Made by a program: the position numbers and the translations under genes. The notes below the pieces were generated by a model, which saw nothing but the letters and a program-made list of their open reading frames with translations, did no database searches and had not been told where the DNA came from. DNA of 64,000 nt from Squalus acanthias (lineage: Eukaryota), in the NCBI GenBank assembly GCA_030390025.1, contig CM059433.1, positions 16,308,001-16,372,000 of the forward strand, read 5' to 3'. This document shows positions 1-12,479 of the stretch, piece after piece (positions within the stretch are counted from its first letter, which is position 1; every line of letters starts with the position of its first letter).

Positions 1-562
1 AATCCCTGAGCACTCTCGTGTTGACTGCTGAGGTCAGTTTGGAAGATGATGCACTGTTCAGCCCTGGCGAACAGGCTTTCGGTGACCTGCTTAATGTAGC
101 TGTGTACTGCAGACTGGGAGATGCAGATGATGTCCCCAGTAGCAGACTGAAGGGAGCCCGTGGCAAAGAATTATGATCTCCCCCCCCAGTCCAACAGACA
201 GCAGGTCCTGTTGCAGGAGGCTAGAGGCCTGCAACAGCTTGCCTGGAGAAGCATAGCTGTCTGCTGCACTGCTCTTCAGATAGATCCAAGAAAGTGACTC
301 TTGACCTGTACACTGTGTGCTGGGTATGGCCTCCTATGAGCAGCACCCCTATTGTCTACTGATGAATCCAGCTGCTGCTGATTCTGGCTTCTACTCCTCT
401 TCCATCCAAATGAAACTAGCAATAATAAAGCACCTTTGAAAAATGTGCAGTTACAATGGCGGCGAGCGGGAGGTCATCTGGAACGTATCAGTAAGTACTG
501 TACTGCTATTTGAACCAACTGCCTGTCCCAATCCCAGCGGGCAGGCAGGATAAGGTCAGGGC
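1..562 (-). mobile_element. Decayed PIF/Harbinger transposon end with HARBI1-like transposase N-terminal fragment
   Basis: The minus strand translates to YRSRVTFLDLSEEQC...LLQQDL and FFATGSLQSATGDIICISQSAVHSYIKQVTESLF, typical Harbinger transposase N-terminal motifs. It has stops and a deletion and runs off the window start; the right boundary is approximate. Confidence 0.7.
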
Positions 563-682
563 ATATTGTGTTTGTGAATATACATTTTAGCCAGCTCTTT
601 AGTCATTCAGTATGTTATCAGAAGTCAGAAATTGCTGTTTGTGATTAGTTAGGAGAATCTTGAGTTTGTATTGGTGCAATCT

Positions 683-2037
683 CATAGCATCATAACGGCA
701 CAGAAGGAGGCCATTCGGCCCATTGAGTCCGCGCCGGCTTTCTGCAGAGCAATCCAGTCAGTCCCATTCCCCCGCTCTATCCCCGTAGCCCTGCAAGTTT
801 ATTTCCCTCAAGTGCCTATCCAGTCTCCCCTTGAAAACATTGAGTGTCTCCGCTTCCACCACTTCCGTCGGCAGCGAGTTCCAGGTCCTCACCACTCGCT
901 GCATAAAAAAGTTTTTCCTCACATTCCCCCCCCCCCTGTATCTCTTGCCCAAAACCTTAAATCTGTGTCCCCTAGTCCTTGTACCATCAACTAGTGGGAA
1001 CAGCCTTTCCCTGTCTAGCCTATCCAAACCTGTCATAATCTTGTACACCTCTATCAAATCACCCCTCAACCTCCTTTGCTCTAATGAAAACAAATCCAGC
1101 TTCTCCAACCTGTCCTTGTAGCTAAGATCCCCCATCCCCGGAACCATTCTGGTAAATCTCCTCTGCACCCTCTCGAGTGTCTTCACATCCTTCCTAAAGT
1201 GTGGTGACCAGAACTGGACGCAATACTCCAGTTGTAGCCTAACCAGTGCTTTATAAAGGTTCAGCATAACTTCTCTACTTTTGTACTCAATACCTCTATT
1301 TATGAAGCCCAAGATCCCATATGCTTTGTTAACCACTCTCTCAATATGTCCCGCCACCTTCAGGGACCTATGCACATTGACTCCCAGGTCCCTCTGTCCC
1401 TGCACACTCTTTAAAACTGTGCCATTAAGTGTATATTGCCTCTCCCTGTTCCTTCTGCCAAAATGCATCACCTCACACTTCTCTGTATTAAATTCCATTT
1501 GCCACTTGTCTGCCCATTCTGCTAGCCTTTCTATGTCCTGTTGCAGTCGATTGATGTCATCCTCACTGTTTGCCACACCCTCAAGTTTGGTATCATCGGC
1601 AAATTTAGAAATTCTACTCTATTCCAATATCCAAGTCATTTTTATATACAGGAAACTCTTTATTAACCGGCACTCAAATATCCGGAAATCTCTCTTAACC
1701 GGCAAAATTCTTGAGTAGGTAACCGGGGTTTTCCTTCATCTCTCGTTTAAAATTAACTTTAAAAAAAACCCCGAGGCGTTTGCCTTGTATCGGAGCGTGT
1801 AGATTGGGAGGGGAATGTGCAGCCCGGGTAGGCAGCGGACACGACAGATGGTCAGCTGGCGGTCCCCAGGGAGACGGAGCTCCGAATGCAGGCGCATGTC
1901 AATGTGTACGGGGCTCTCGGACGTTGGGAGATATAACTCTCCATTATCCGGACTTTTTGATTAACCGGCACCATGCCAGTCCCGTCGGTGCCGGTTAATA
2001 AAGAGTTTCCTGTATATACATCTATCAAAAAAGCACT
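683..2037 (-). mobile_element. 5'-truncated CR1 LINE (RT C-terminus and 3' UTR), interrupted by a MITE at 1649-2012
   Basis: ORF 758..1576 has CR1 ORF2 motifs (WQMEFNTEKC, LEYCVQFWSP, RRLRGDLIE, FFMQRVVRTWNSLP), with ADD just upstream. CR1 sequence resumes briefly after the MITE. Confidence 0.93.
1649..2012 (+). mobile_element. Tigger/pogo non-autonomous MITE, copy 1
   Basis: Perfect TIR CAGGAAACTCTTTATTAACCGGCAC...GTGCCGGTTAATAAAGAGTTTCCTG with TA on both sides. The ends match the Tigger element at 61409-64000. Confidence 0.95.
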
Positions 2038-2103
2038 TTTAGACTATATCAGTCATTTCAGAGCCATTCCATGAAACTTCCTGGAATATCAAAATTTCAA
2101 CTA

Positions 2104-2467
2104 CAGGAAACTCTTTATTAACCGGCACCGACGGGACCGGCGTGGTGCCGGTTAATCAAAAAGTCCGGATAATGGAGAGTTATATCTACCAATGTACGAG
2201 AGCCCTGTACACACTGACATGCGCCTGCATTCGGAGCTCCGTCTCCCCGGGGACCGCCAGCTGACCATCTGTCGTGTCCGCTGCCTACCCGGGCTGCACA
2301 TTCCCCTCCCAATCTACATGCTCCGATACAAGGCAAACGCCTCGGGGTTTTTTTCAAAGTTATTTTTAAAGGAGAGATGAAGGAAAACCCCGGTTACCTA
2401 CTCAAGAATTTTGCCGGTTAAGAGAGATTTCCGGTTATTTGGGTGCCGGTTAAAAGAGAGTTTCCTG
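2104..2467 (-). mobile_element. Tigger/pogo non-autonomous MITE, copy 2 (inverted relative to copy 1)
   Basis: Same 364-bp length and TIRs with TA flanks; a near reverse complement of 1649-2012. Confidence 0.95.
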
Positions 2468-2657
2468 TATTCAGTTGTGAAGATATATAATTAGCAGAGT
2501 AATAGTGCTCACACACTTAAAAATAGCTTGTGGTTTAAATAAATATTTAATTTGGTGGTTGAACAGGTTGTAGGGTAACCACAGACTATCCAGACCAACG
2601 TAACACTGCAACAAAGGTTTTTCACAAAAATTAAATGGAAGCGATTTTTAAAGTTTT

Positions 2658-3534
2658 GGGCCGGAATTTTGCCGGTCCTCCGAGTGCGGGATTGGAGGCG
2701 GGACCGCTGTCAAAATCGCAAAGATTGACAGCGGGTCGGAAACCCACCGTCAACCTGCCTCCAATCAATCTTCCCAAGTGTCGGGTCCCCGATTTGCGCA
2801 TGGACCCGACTCCTAGCGGCGGGAAGAGGATTATAGCCACTTAACTGCCTGTTAACAGATACTTGATACTTGTTAACAGGCTCTTTTTTAATTTTGCCGC
2901 TTCTGCCTTGGGTTCCCCGACGTCCGGACACTACGCCAGGTAAGTGTGGCAGATTGTGAGTCTGCTGTAATGTTTCTGCATTGATGACAGCTGCAGAAGT
3001 GGTGTGAAGGATTCAATGGTGCACTGGTGAGTTTCAGAAGTAAGAAAATGTTGGGGAAAATCATTTTTAATGCATTTACACTTTTCTGTAGGTAACAAGT
3101 TTTGAATTGGCTGTCTAGTGCCACCTCATTGGGAGAACCTCTCTCACCAGTGACAGATCGCTTCTGTAACCTCACCTGCAGCTGCCATCTGTTCTAGCCT
3201 ATGGAGGGAGTCATTGGAGAGCCTGGGTGCAAGAGCTCACCTTTGTACAGTGATTGTCAGTGTTTGCAGCACCTCAATGCTGTCAAACACTGAGAAATGA
3301 GCTGTCAAAGAAAAATTGTGCGTGTCCCTTTAAGAAAACCGGCAGATGACGCGTCATCAAATGACGTCATCTGACCAGCTTCCTCTTAATTGGCCGGCAA
3401 GCCTGCAGGGCGAGCTTAACAAGGCCAATCGACGTAAAATCACGTCCATGGGCCGATGCAGTTGGGGGCGGGACTGGAAGCCGGAAACCAGCTGACTCGC
3501 TCCCAAGTCACATCCATTTGCAAAATTGCGGCCT
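2658..3534. mobile_element. Harbinger-type non-autonomous element
   Basis: TIR GGGCCGGAATTTTGC...GCAAAATTGCGGCCT. The interior is homologous to 23742-24591 (opposite orientation) and 5820-6129. The TSD is not preserved. Confidence 0.75.
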
Positions 3535-3600
3535 CGATGTCTAAAGTACAAATGTATCGCTTTGTTCTGTTTAACCCTATCTTTGTCTTTATTTATACAG

Positions 3601-3670
3601 GCCAAAGAATCACAAAGCTCTTCACCCAAACCACAGCGTACACAGCCATCTGTGAATGGAGGATTAAGAG
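3601..3670 (+). CDS. Candidate internal coding exon of an unidentified host gene (AKESQSSSPKPQRTQPSVNGGLR)
   Basis: Long polypyrimidine tract ending ...atttatacag, open frame, donor AG|GTATTT. The phase is compatible with the candidate exons at 5557 and 13979. Confidence 0.55.
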
Positions 3671-3714
3671 GTATTTCTAATAATATCATTATAATGTATT
3701 GTTTTTCAACTTGC

Positions 3715-4142
3715 CTCTCGTATCTGGAACAGAAGAGTGTAGGTTTGATCCCAGTCCTACTTCCCACCCCACAAACCATGTGTTTGAGCTCTCAATCCAA
3801 TCTGACACACTCCAGTACACTGCTGCATGATGACAAGTGCAGTCCTTCAGATGAGACGTTAAACTGAGGTCCTGTCTGGCTTAATTCTGGGAATGTTGAC
3901 GATCTTGTCCCATTATTTTAAGAAGTGCAGGGAGTTCTGATGTCCTGGCAACATTCCTCCTTCAGTCAATACGACTGAAAAACTGATTACCTGATCTTTC
4001 ATCTTAGGGCTTTTTGTGGGGCACTGCTGGCACCGAATGGCTGCATTTGCCTCTACAACAGCAGTCATTGCACTTCAAAAGCAATCTTGTGTTAAATGCA
4101 TCAGCTTGTTTTAGGATAACAAGGTTCTATATAGACGCAGAT
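3715..4142 (+). mobile_element. Old Deu-domain SINE (AmnSINE1/SacSINE1-like)
   Basis: Deu core CTTCAGATGAGACGTTAAACTGAGGTCCTGTCT and GAAGTGCAGGGAGTTC..TGTCCTGGC, plus an L2-like 3' tail. Confidence 0.75.
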
Positions 4143-4149
4143 ATTTTAA

Positions 4150-4535
4150 TGACTGGAACTGGTTCGTGCAATGGTTTGGGCACTAGCCTTTTAACTCTGG
4201 GAAATGGGCTCAAATCCAGCCCCGACTGGTGGGTTAACATTCTGTCCACTGGCTGTAAGGATTCTATGTGAAATTAGTTTGGGCAATCTCAATCCAGGTT
4301 CTAGTGGGTGTAGGCCCACTACATAAGCACTACTCCTAATTTGGCACTAATTGTCACCAAATTTGCATTCTCACCCAGGCCATAGGATGTTTGATTGTGA
4401 CAAATCGGACAATGCCACCACTAGTGCAGGAGAGGGTGCTCTTCTGAGCTTGGGGCTGAGGAACATCATTGTGGCAGAAGAGGCTTTATTCTACTTTAGC
4501 TAACCTGTCTGGTGCTGATCATCAGGGCTAATAAT
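4150..4535 (+). mobile_element. LF-SINE-like tRNA-derived SINE
   Basis: Colinear blocks resembling LF-SINE as recalled: CAAATCCAGCCC, CTATGTGAAATTAGTT, CTCAATCCAGGTTCTAGTGG, TTGGCACTAATTGTCAC, GGGGCTGAGGAACAT. Confidence 0.55.
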
Positions 4536-5556
4536 GCAGTCCCAGCACTCTGTCATCGAGATCACTGCTCCCTAGGTGCAACATGCCCTATGCAAGAAAA
4601 GGAATCGATCTTGCAACATCATGCGAGGTGCGCTCTTCTCAAGCACTCCTGGTGTGCTGCACATGTGCTCTGGAAGTACTGGGGGGGTTGAGGGCTGGAA
4701 TTGTAGAAAGGCTGCTGGCTGCTTGTGGAGAATGCTGGCAGGGGAAGAGGAGGATGGTGCCAGTGAAGCATATCGGCCATTTTGAGGCTGAAATGCAGAA
4801 GAGAAGGCAAGCTGGGTGGTTTTGGGGAAAGACATAGCCCACCCAGGAAAAACATTAGCCTCCCTTTCCGTTCCCATTGCGAACAGGCACAGGAATTTTG
4901 CTCAGATGCTCCAGTCACATTATTTAACATTTTTTTGTGGGCCTAATGAGCTTTGCCCACAGCTTGAGTGCAGGCTCCCAGTGCTGTTGATGATGGCTGG
5001 CCTCGTTAAGCTATACTGAGCCGACCAGGTGTGTTGTAGGCCTTAGGCTTCCATGCCTGATTAAGCCGGATGCCTATTATCACGTTATCAACCCCTGGGT
5101 GTTCAAAATGGAAACTGTTCTATTGTTCCAGCATTAATATCTTTTGCATTGAGTATCATTTAAAAAAAAAACCTCACTCATATGAAGAAAAATGTAGCAT
5201 CTACGACAGACGTGATTAGGAATAGTACACCATATATTTACAATTCTCTACAATCAAATTTGGTTATAAATTTTTCACATTCACACTTGTTCTTTGTTTC
5301 AGTTAACCTAATAATATAATATTATTGTTCCCTTACTGGGAAGGAGGAAACAAGATCATAAAAAGAAAAATAACTGGGTGGGGGTGGGGGGGGGGGGGGC
5401 GCGGTGGGGTGATGGTGGAGCCTGCGTAAGCGTGTTTTGGTAGAGAGGCTGCAACACCAGCCAAGCAAAATTTGCTACACTATATTGATTGGAACTGGTT
5501 GGTCCAGTGGTTTGTAATAAAATGAATCCTGACTAACTAGATTTTTCTTCCTTGAG

Positions 5557-5616
5557 GCAAAGCAGAGCAGAATCCCACCAGCAGTCTTTATCCCCATCTA
5601 CCCAGTCACCAATGTG
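5557..5616 (+). CDS. Candidate symmetric phase-1 coding exon (GKAEQNPTSSLYPHLPSHQC)
   Basis: Branch point GACTAAC at 5531, pyrimidine tract, in-frame alternative AG acceptors ending at 5556, 5562 and 5565, consensus donor TG|GTAAGT. The 60 nt stay open in the frame carried from exon 3601. Confidence 0.55.
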
Positions 5617-5819
5617 GTAAGTTAAACATTCAGGAAAATTAGTTTTGATGTTAAAGATGTAACTAATTCTTGTACAATATATGTGTATGTAATGTAGTGT
5701 TAGTGACATTAAGTTGTCTTAATAAAGTACAATATCTTAACAACAACTTGCATTTATATAGCACATTGAAAGTGAAAAAATGTCCGAAGGGGCTTCACGG
5801 GACCGTTATCGGATATGGA

Positions 5820-6129
5820 GGGAGTCATTGGAGAGCCTGGGTGAAAGCGTTCACCTTTGTGCAGTGATTGTCAGTGTTTGCAACACCTCAATGCTGTCAA
5901 ACACTGACAGAACAACTGTCAAACTCAATGTGGACGTGGTCCCTTTAAGGAAACCAGCTGATGACGCATCATCAAATGACGTCATCAGACCCGCTTCCTG
6001 TTAATTGGCCGGAATAAGGCCAATCAAGGTAAAATCACGTCTGTAGAGCGGATGCAGCTATGAACGGGACCAGAACTCGGAAACCAGCTGTCCCGCCCCC
6101 ATCTCGCCTCCTCAATTAAATTCGCAGCC
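5820..6129. mobile_element. Partial Harbinger-type MITE, same family as 2658-3534
   Basis: Aligns with about 3207-3534, including the TGACGTCA and AATTGGCCGG blocks. Confidence 0.75.
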
Positions 6130-7839
6130 TTTGTGTCTGTCTTCACGGAAGAAGACATAAAAAACCTCCCGAAAATAGTGGAGAACCAAGGGTCTAGCGA
6201 GAATGAGGAACTGAATGAAATTAATATTAGTAAAAAAATAGTACTGGAGAAATTAATGGGACTGAAAGCCGATAAATCCCCTGGACCTGATGGCCTACAT
6301 CCTAGGGTTTTGAAAGAGGTGGCTTTCGAGATAGTGGATGCATTGGTTGTCATTTTCCAAAATTCCATAGATTCTAGAATGGTTCCCGTGATTGGAAGGT
6401 AGCAAATGCAACCCCACTATTTAAGAAAGGAGGGAGAGAGAAAACGGGGAACTACAGACCAGTTAGCCTGACATCAGTAGTAGGGAAAATGCTAGAATCT
6501 ATTATTAAGGATGTCGTAACAGGGCACTAGAAAATAATAATAGGATTGGGCAGAGTCAACACGGATTTATGAAAGGGAAATCATGTTTGACGAATGTTAG
6601 TTTTTTGAGGTTGTAACTAGCAGAATAGATAAGTGGGGACCAGTGGATGTGGTGTATTTGGATTTTCCGAAGGCATTCGATAAGGTGCCACACAAGAGGT
6701 TATTGAACAAAATTAGAGCTCATGGGATTGGGGGTAATATATTAGCATGGATTGAGGCTTGGTTAACGGACAGAAAACAGAGAGTCGGAATAAACGGGTC
6801 ATTTTCGGGATGGCAGGCTGTAACTAGTAGGGTATCGCAAGGATCAGTGCTTGGGCCTCAGCTACTTCAGTCTATATCAATGATTTGGATGAGAGGACTA
6901 AATGTAATATATCCAAGTTTGCTGATGATACAAAGCTAGGTGGGGATGTAAGTTGTGAGGAGGATGCAAAGAGGCTTCAAGGGGATATAGACAGGCTAAA
7001 TGAGTGGGCAAGAACATGGTAAATGGAATATAATGTGGAGAAATGTGAAGTTATCCATTTTGGTAGGAAAAATAGAAAAGCAGAGTATTTTTTAAATGGT
7101 GAGAGATTGGGAAATGTTGGTGTTCAGAGGGACCTGGGTGTCCTTGTGCACGAATCACTGAAAGTTAACATGCAGATACAGCAAGCAATTAGGAAAGTAA
7201 ATGGTATGTTGACCATTATTACAAGAGGATTTGAGTATAAGAGTAAAGATGTCTTACTGCAATTATATAGGGCCCTGGTGAGACCACACCTGGAGTATTG
7301 TGTACAGTTTTGGTCTCCTTACGGAAGGATATACTTGCCATAGAGGGAGTGCAACGAAGGTTCACCAGACTGGTTCCTGGGATGGGGGGATTGTCCTATG
7401 AGGAGAGATTGAGTAGACTAGGCCTATGTTCTCTAGAGTTTAGAAGAGTGAGAGGTGATCTCATTGAAACATACAAAATTCTTACAGGGCTTCACAGGGT
7501 AGATGCAGGGAGGATGTTTCCCCTGGCTGGGGAGTCTAGAACCAGGGGTCACAGTCTCAGAATAAGGGGTCGGCCATTTAGGACTGAGATGAGGAGAAAT
7601 GTCTTCACTCAGAGGGTGGTGAATCTTTGGAATTCTCTACCCCAGAGGGCTGTGGAGGCTCAGTCATTGAGTACATTCAAGACAGAGATCGATAGATTTT
7701 TGGATATTAAGGGAATCAAGGGATATGGGGATAGTGCAGGAAAGTGGAGATGAGGTACAAGATCAGCCATGATATTGAATGGTAGAGCAGGCTCGATGGG
7801 CCGAACGGCCTACTCCTGCTCCTATTTCTTATGTTCTTA
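6130..7839 (+). mobile_element. 5'-truncated CR1 LINE (RT domain and 3' UTR)
   Basis: Frameshifted ORF2 pieces ([39 protein letters not shown]) and a CTTATGTTCTTAT tail. Confidence 0.95.
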
Positions 7840-7931
7840 TACTTGAGTCTGGAGGTGACAAAGGCATCGATGAAGGTTTCAGCAGCGGGTGAGCTGAGCC
7901 GGGGCAGAGGAGGGTGAGGCTATGGAGAGGA

Positions 7932-10694
7932 TTTTTTTTTTTATTCGTTTATGGGATGTGGGCATCGCTGGCAAGGCCAGCATTTATTGCCCATCCCTAA
8001 TTGCCCTTGAGAAGGTGGTGGTGAACCGCCTTCTTGAACCGCTGCAGTCCGTGTGGTGAAGGTACTCCCGCAATGCTGTTAGGTAGGGAGTTCCAGGATT
8101 TTGACCCAATGACGATGAAGGATCGGCGATATACTTCCAAGTCAGGATGATGTGTGACTTGGAGGGGAACTTGGAGGTGGTGGTGTTCCCATGCGCCTGC
8201 TGCCCTTGTCCTTCTAGGTGGAAGAGGTCACGGGTTTGGCAGGTGCTGCCAAAGAAGCGTTGGCGAGTTGCTGCAGTAGATGGTACATACTGTAGACACG
8301 GTGCGCCGATGATGAAGGGAGTGAATGTTTAAGGTGGTGGATGGGGTGCCAGTCAAGTGGGCTGCTTTGTCCTAGATGGTGTCGCGCTTCTTGAGTGTTG
8401 TTAGAGCTGCACTCATCCAGGCAAGTGGAGAGTATTCCATCACACTCCTTACTTGTGCCTTGTAGATGGTGGAAAGGCTTTGGGGAGTCAGGAGGTGAGA
8501 CACTCGCCGCAGAATACCTAGCCTCTGACCTGCTCTTGTTGCCACAGTATTTCTGTGGCTGGTCCAGTTAAGTTTCTGGTCAATGGTGACCCCCCAGGAT
8601 GTTGATGGTGGGGGATTCAGCGATGGTAATGCCGTTGAATGTCAAGGGGCGGTGGTTAGACTCTCGCTTGTTGGAGATAGTCATTGCCTGGCACTTCTGT
8701 GGCGCGAATGTTACCTGCCACTTATCAGCTCAAGCCTGAACATTGTCCAGGTCTTGTTGCATGCGGGCATAGACTGCTTCATTATCTGAGGAGTTGGGAA
8801 TGGTGCTGAACACTGTGCAGTCATCAGCGAACATCCCCATTTCTGACCTTATGTTGGAGGGAAGGTCATTGATGAAGCAGCTGAAGATGGTTGGGCCTAG
8901 GACACTGCCCTGAGGAACTCCTGTAGCAATGTCCTGGGGCTGTGCTGATTGACCTTCAACCACCACAACCATCTTCCTTTGTGCTAGGTATGACTCCAGC
9001 CAGTGGAGCGTTTTCCTCCTGATTCCCATTGACTTCAGTTTTACTAGGGCTCCGTGATGCCACACTCGGTCAAATGCTGCCTTGATGTCAAGGGCAGTCA
9101 CTCTCACCTCCCCTCTGGAATTCAGCTCCTTTGTCCATGTTTGGACCAAGGCTGTAATGAGGTCGGGAGCCGAGTGGTCTTGGCGAAACCCAAACTGGGC
9201 ATCAGTGAGCAGGTTTTTGGTGAGTAAGTGCCACTTGATAGCACTGTTGATGACACCTTCCATCACTTTGCTGATGATTGAGAGTAGACTGATGGGGTGG
9301 CAATTGGACGGGTTGGATTTGTCCTGCTTTTTGTAGACAGGACATACCTGGGCAGTTTTCCACATTGTCGGATAGATGCCAGTGTTGTTGCTGTACTGGA
9401 ACAGCTTGGCTAGAGGCGCGGCTAGTTCTGGAGCACAAGACTTCAGCACGATAGCCAGGATGTTGTCCGGGCCATAGCCTTTGCTGTACCCAGTGCGCTC
9501 AGCCGTTTCTTTTGCACTCACGTGCTGGGCTCCACCATCATTGAGGATGGGGATATTCATGGAGCCTCCTCCTCCCGTTAGTTGTTTCATGGTCCACCAC
9601 CATTCATGACTGGATGTGGCAGGACTGCAGAAATTTGATCTGATCCGTTGATTGTGGGATCGCTTAGCCCTGTCTATAGCATGCTGCTTCCGCTTTGTAG
9701 CATGCATGTAGTCCTGTGTTGCAGCTTCCCCAGGTTGGCACCTCATTTTTAGGTACGCCTGGTGCTGTTCCTGGCATGCTCTTCTACACTCCTTATTGAA
9801 CCAGGGTTGGTCCCCTTGGCTTGGTGGTAGTGGTAGAGTGAGAGATATGCCGGGCCATGAGGTTACAGATTGTGGTGGAATACAATTTTGCTGCTGCTGA
9901 TGGCCCACAGCGCCTCATGGATGCCCAGTCTTGAGCTGCTAGATCTGTTCTGAATCTATCCCATTTAGCACGGTGGTAGTGCCACACAACATGATGGAGG
10001 GTGTCCTCAGTGTGAAGACGGGACTTTGTCTCCACAATGACTGTGTGGTGCTCACTGCAACCAATACTGTCATGGACAGATGCATCTGCGACAGGCAGAT
10101 TGGTGAGGACCAGGTCAAGTAGGTTTTTCCCTCGTGTTGGTTCTCTCACCACCTGTCGCAGGCCCAGACTGGTAGTTATGTCCTTCAGGGCTCGGTCAGT
10201 AGTGGTGCTACCGAGCCACTCTTGGTGATGGACATTGAAGTTCCCCACCCAGAGTACATTCTGTGCCCTTGCTACTCTCAGTGCTTCTTCCAAGTAGTGT
10301 TCAACATGGAGTAGTTCTGATTCATCAGCTGAGGGAGGACGGTAGGTGGTAATCAGCAGGAGGTTTCCTTGCCCATGTTTGACCTGAAGCCATGAGACTT
10401 CATGGGGTCCGGAGTTGAGGACTCCCAGGGCCACTCCTTCCCGACTGGATACCACTGTGCACCACCCCTGGTGGGTCTGTCCTTCCGGTGGACAGGACAT
10501 ACCCAGGGATGGTGATGGAGGAGTTTGGGACATTGGCTGAAAGGTATGATTCTGTGAGTATGACTATGTCAGGCTGTTGCTTGACTAGTCTGTGGGACAG
10601 CTCTCCCAATTTTGGCACAAGTCCCCAGATGTTGGTAAGCAGGACTTTGCAGGGTCGACTGGGCTGGGTGTGTCGTGTCCGTAGCAGGTGCTGA
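7932..10694 (-). mobile_element. CR1-group LINE 'family B', near-complete APE endonuclease + RT ORF, 5' head missing
   Basis: APE motifs (NIWGL, QQPDIVILTE, YRPP, GNFNVHH, LDLVLTN), RT motifs (QFGFR, LDIKAAFDRVWH, GVPQGSVLGP, FADD), 3' tail GGCAATAAATGCTGGCC...poly(A). Confidence 0.93.
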
Positions 10695-12479
10695 GTGGTC
10701 AGAAGCTCAGCTCTGGGTCAAATATGAAGCCAAGTTTGTGAACAGTCTGGTTCAGCCTGAGATTATGGCCAGGGAAGGAGGTGGAATCGGTGTTTAGGGG
10801 ACAGATTTTACGGCAGGGACTGAAAACAGTACCTTCAATTGTCCCACTGCTTAATTGGAGGAAGTTGCAGCTCATCCAGGACTGAATATCAGAGAAGCAG
10901 TCTGAAAACACAGAGGCAGTGGACGGGTCGAGAGAGGTGGCGGAGAGGTACAGTTGGGTGTCATCAGCGTACGTATGGAACCTGACCCCATGTCTTCAGA
11001 TGAGGGGGCAGCACGTAGTTGAGGAAGAGGAGGGGGCTTAGGATAGATCCTATTGCGATCTACAATTTCTCAGGCTATTTAAGATGCATTATACTGATTC
11101 CTAATGTCCATGCTATTTGCATTAGTTTTGAGGGTCCAAGATTATGGGCTATGGGCTGATTGCCATTGATCCTAATGGTATAGTACTCCTCATAGTGGAG
11201 GACATCTGAGCCTCATTACATTTTCTTCCCTTGATAACACATTTTTCTTGCTGCTGTGTGTTAAAGTAATGTGTGAAACATTATTGTATATACTGCTGAA
11301 ATACAGTCTATTAATAAATCAGTTGATTTTGCTATTTAAAAATTGAATTATCTAAAATGTTAAATTAAGCAGTGTAAATGATAACAGAAATATGCTAATT
11401 TAGTACTCAAAAATTAAATCAAATAAGTTGTATTAAGTGACTTTGAATTTAAAGAATTGACTGTGCACTGATTTTAATTAAATAGGAATTTAACAATGAA
11501 ATGGGTTTTAATAATCTATTCGAACATTGAGCAATTCTGCTTTTAGTAACAATGTACTTTTATGTTTAAAATAGTTTCACAGTGGTTTTTAATATTAGTA
11601 GGAATATTTTGGTAGGTACAAGTCCCAGCTATCCCACAACACTTACCGAAACTATCTATCAATCTAAGTTATTAAAACTCATGTTCCTGCTGCACCTGCC
11701 TCGGCCTCACGGGTCTCTTTTCCTGTAATCACTGAAATCTCCTTGCTTTCGGAGATGCTGTCTACTGTCACTTGTGCATATCTACATGGCACAGAAGAGC
11801 TGCTGACATGAATGCCAATCAGCTGTTCCTTTGGTACTTCACGCATGCCAATGCTGGAGGGCATTTACTTCTGAGGCAATCCAATCTGTGTGAACATAGA
11901 ACAATGGGTTTACATGAGCCCTCTGAATTTCCTTCTCACGGGGATGCATGTAGCTATTCTCCAATTGTGTTGAAGCTGTCCATAACTGCATCTTAGAGAC
12001 TTATAAATGCCTTAAGCACTAACAGGAGCATACGTGAGAGGTTCTCATATTATGCTTATGGCTGGTGTAACTGAGGCCACCGCTGTAGATACCAGTGGTG
12101 TTGCCATATGCTCTTTGGCAGACTGCAATGCAGATAACTGTTATTCTAGGACATCACTCATGAGAAATGGCAGTACATATCTGAGTATTGACTCTTCCAA
12201 CCTAAGCTGATCACCTTTTACTGTTTCAGATGAGATGCTAAACCCAGGTCCCATCTGCTCTCTCGTGGACATAACATTTCAATTAAAATATCATCAATTT
12301 CTTTTAGCAATTGTGGATGGAAACTGAGAGAGCTGGATATTTTAGCAAAGAAGCTATGACCAGAAAGTCACTAATTTTCTGGAGCAGAAATGCTAAATGA
12401 AGAAGAAAGACATTGGACGTGATCAGTAACGACAACCTAAGTTATATAGTAGTACTCATGTAGCACTCCTTTCCAGAAC

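Larger units (their letters stand above)
5740..11052 (-). mobile_element. Fragmented L2 LINE (pieces about 5740-5815, 7845-7930, 10695-11052) split by younger insertions
   Basis: L2 3' end AACAACTTGCATTTATATAGC; ORF 10699..10911 has SDIQSWMSCNFLQL and a YADD motif lies upstream. The pieces are colinear with the L2 at 32050-34200. Confidence 0.75.

Noticed and set aside
671..1718. Antisense ORFs over CR1 (also at 23294, 39234, 40522 and elsewhere)
   Set aside because: Shadow frames of LINE ORF2.
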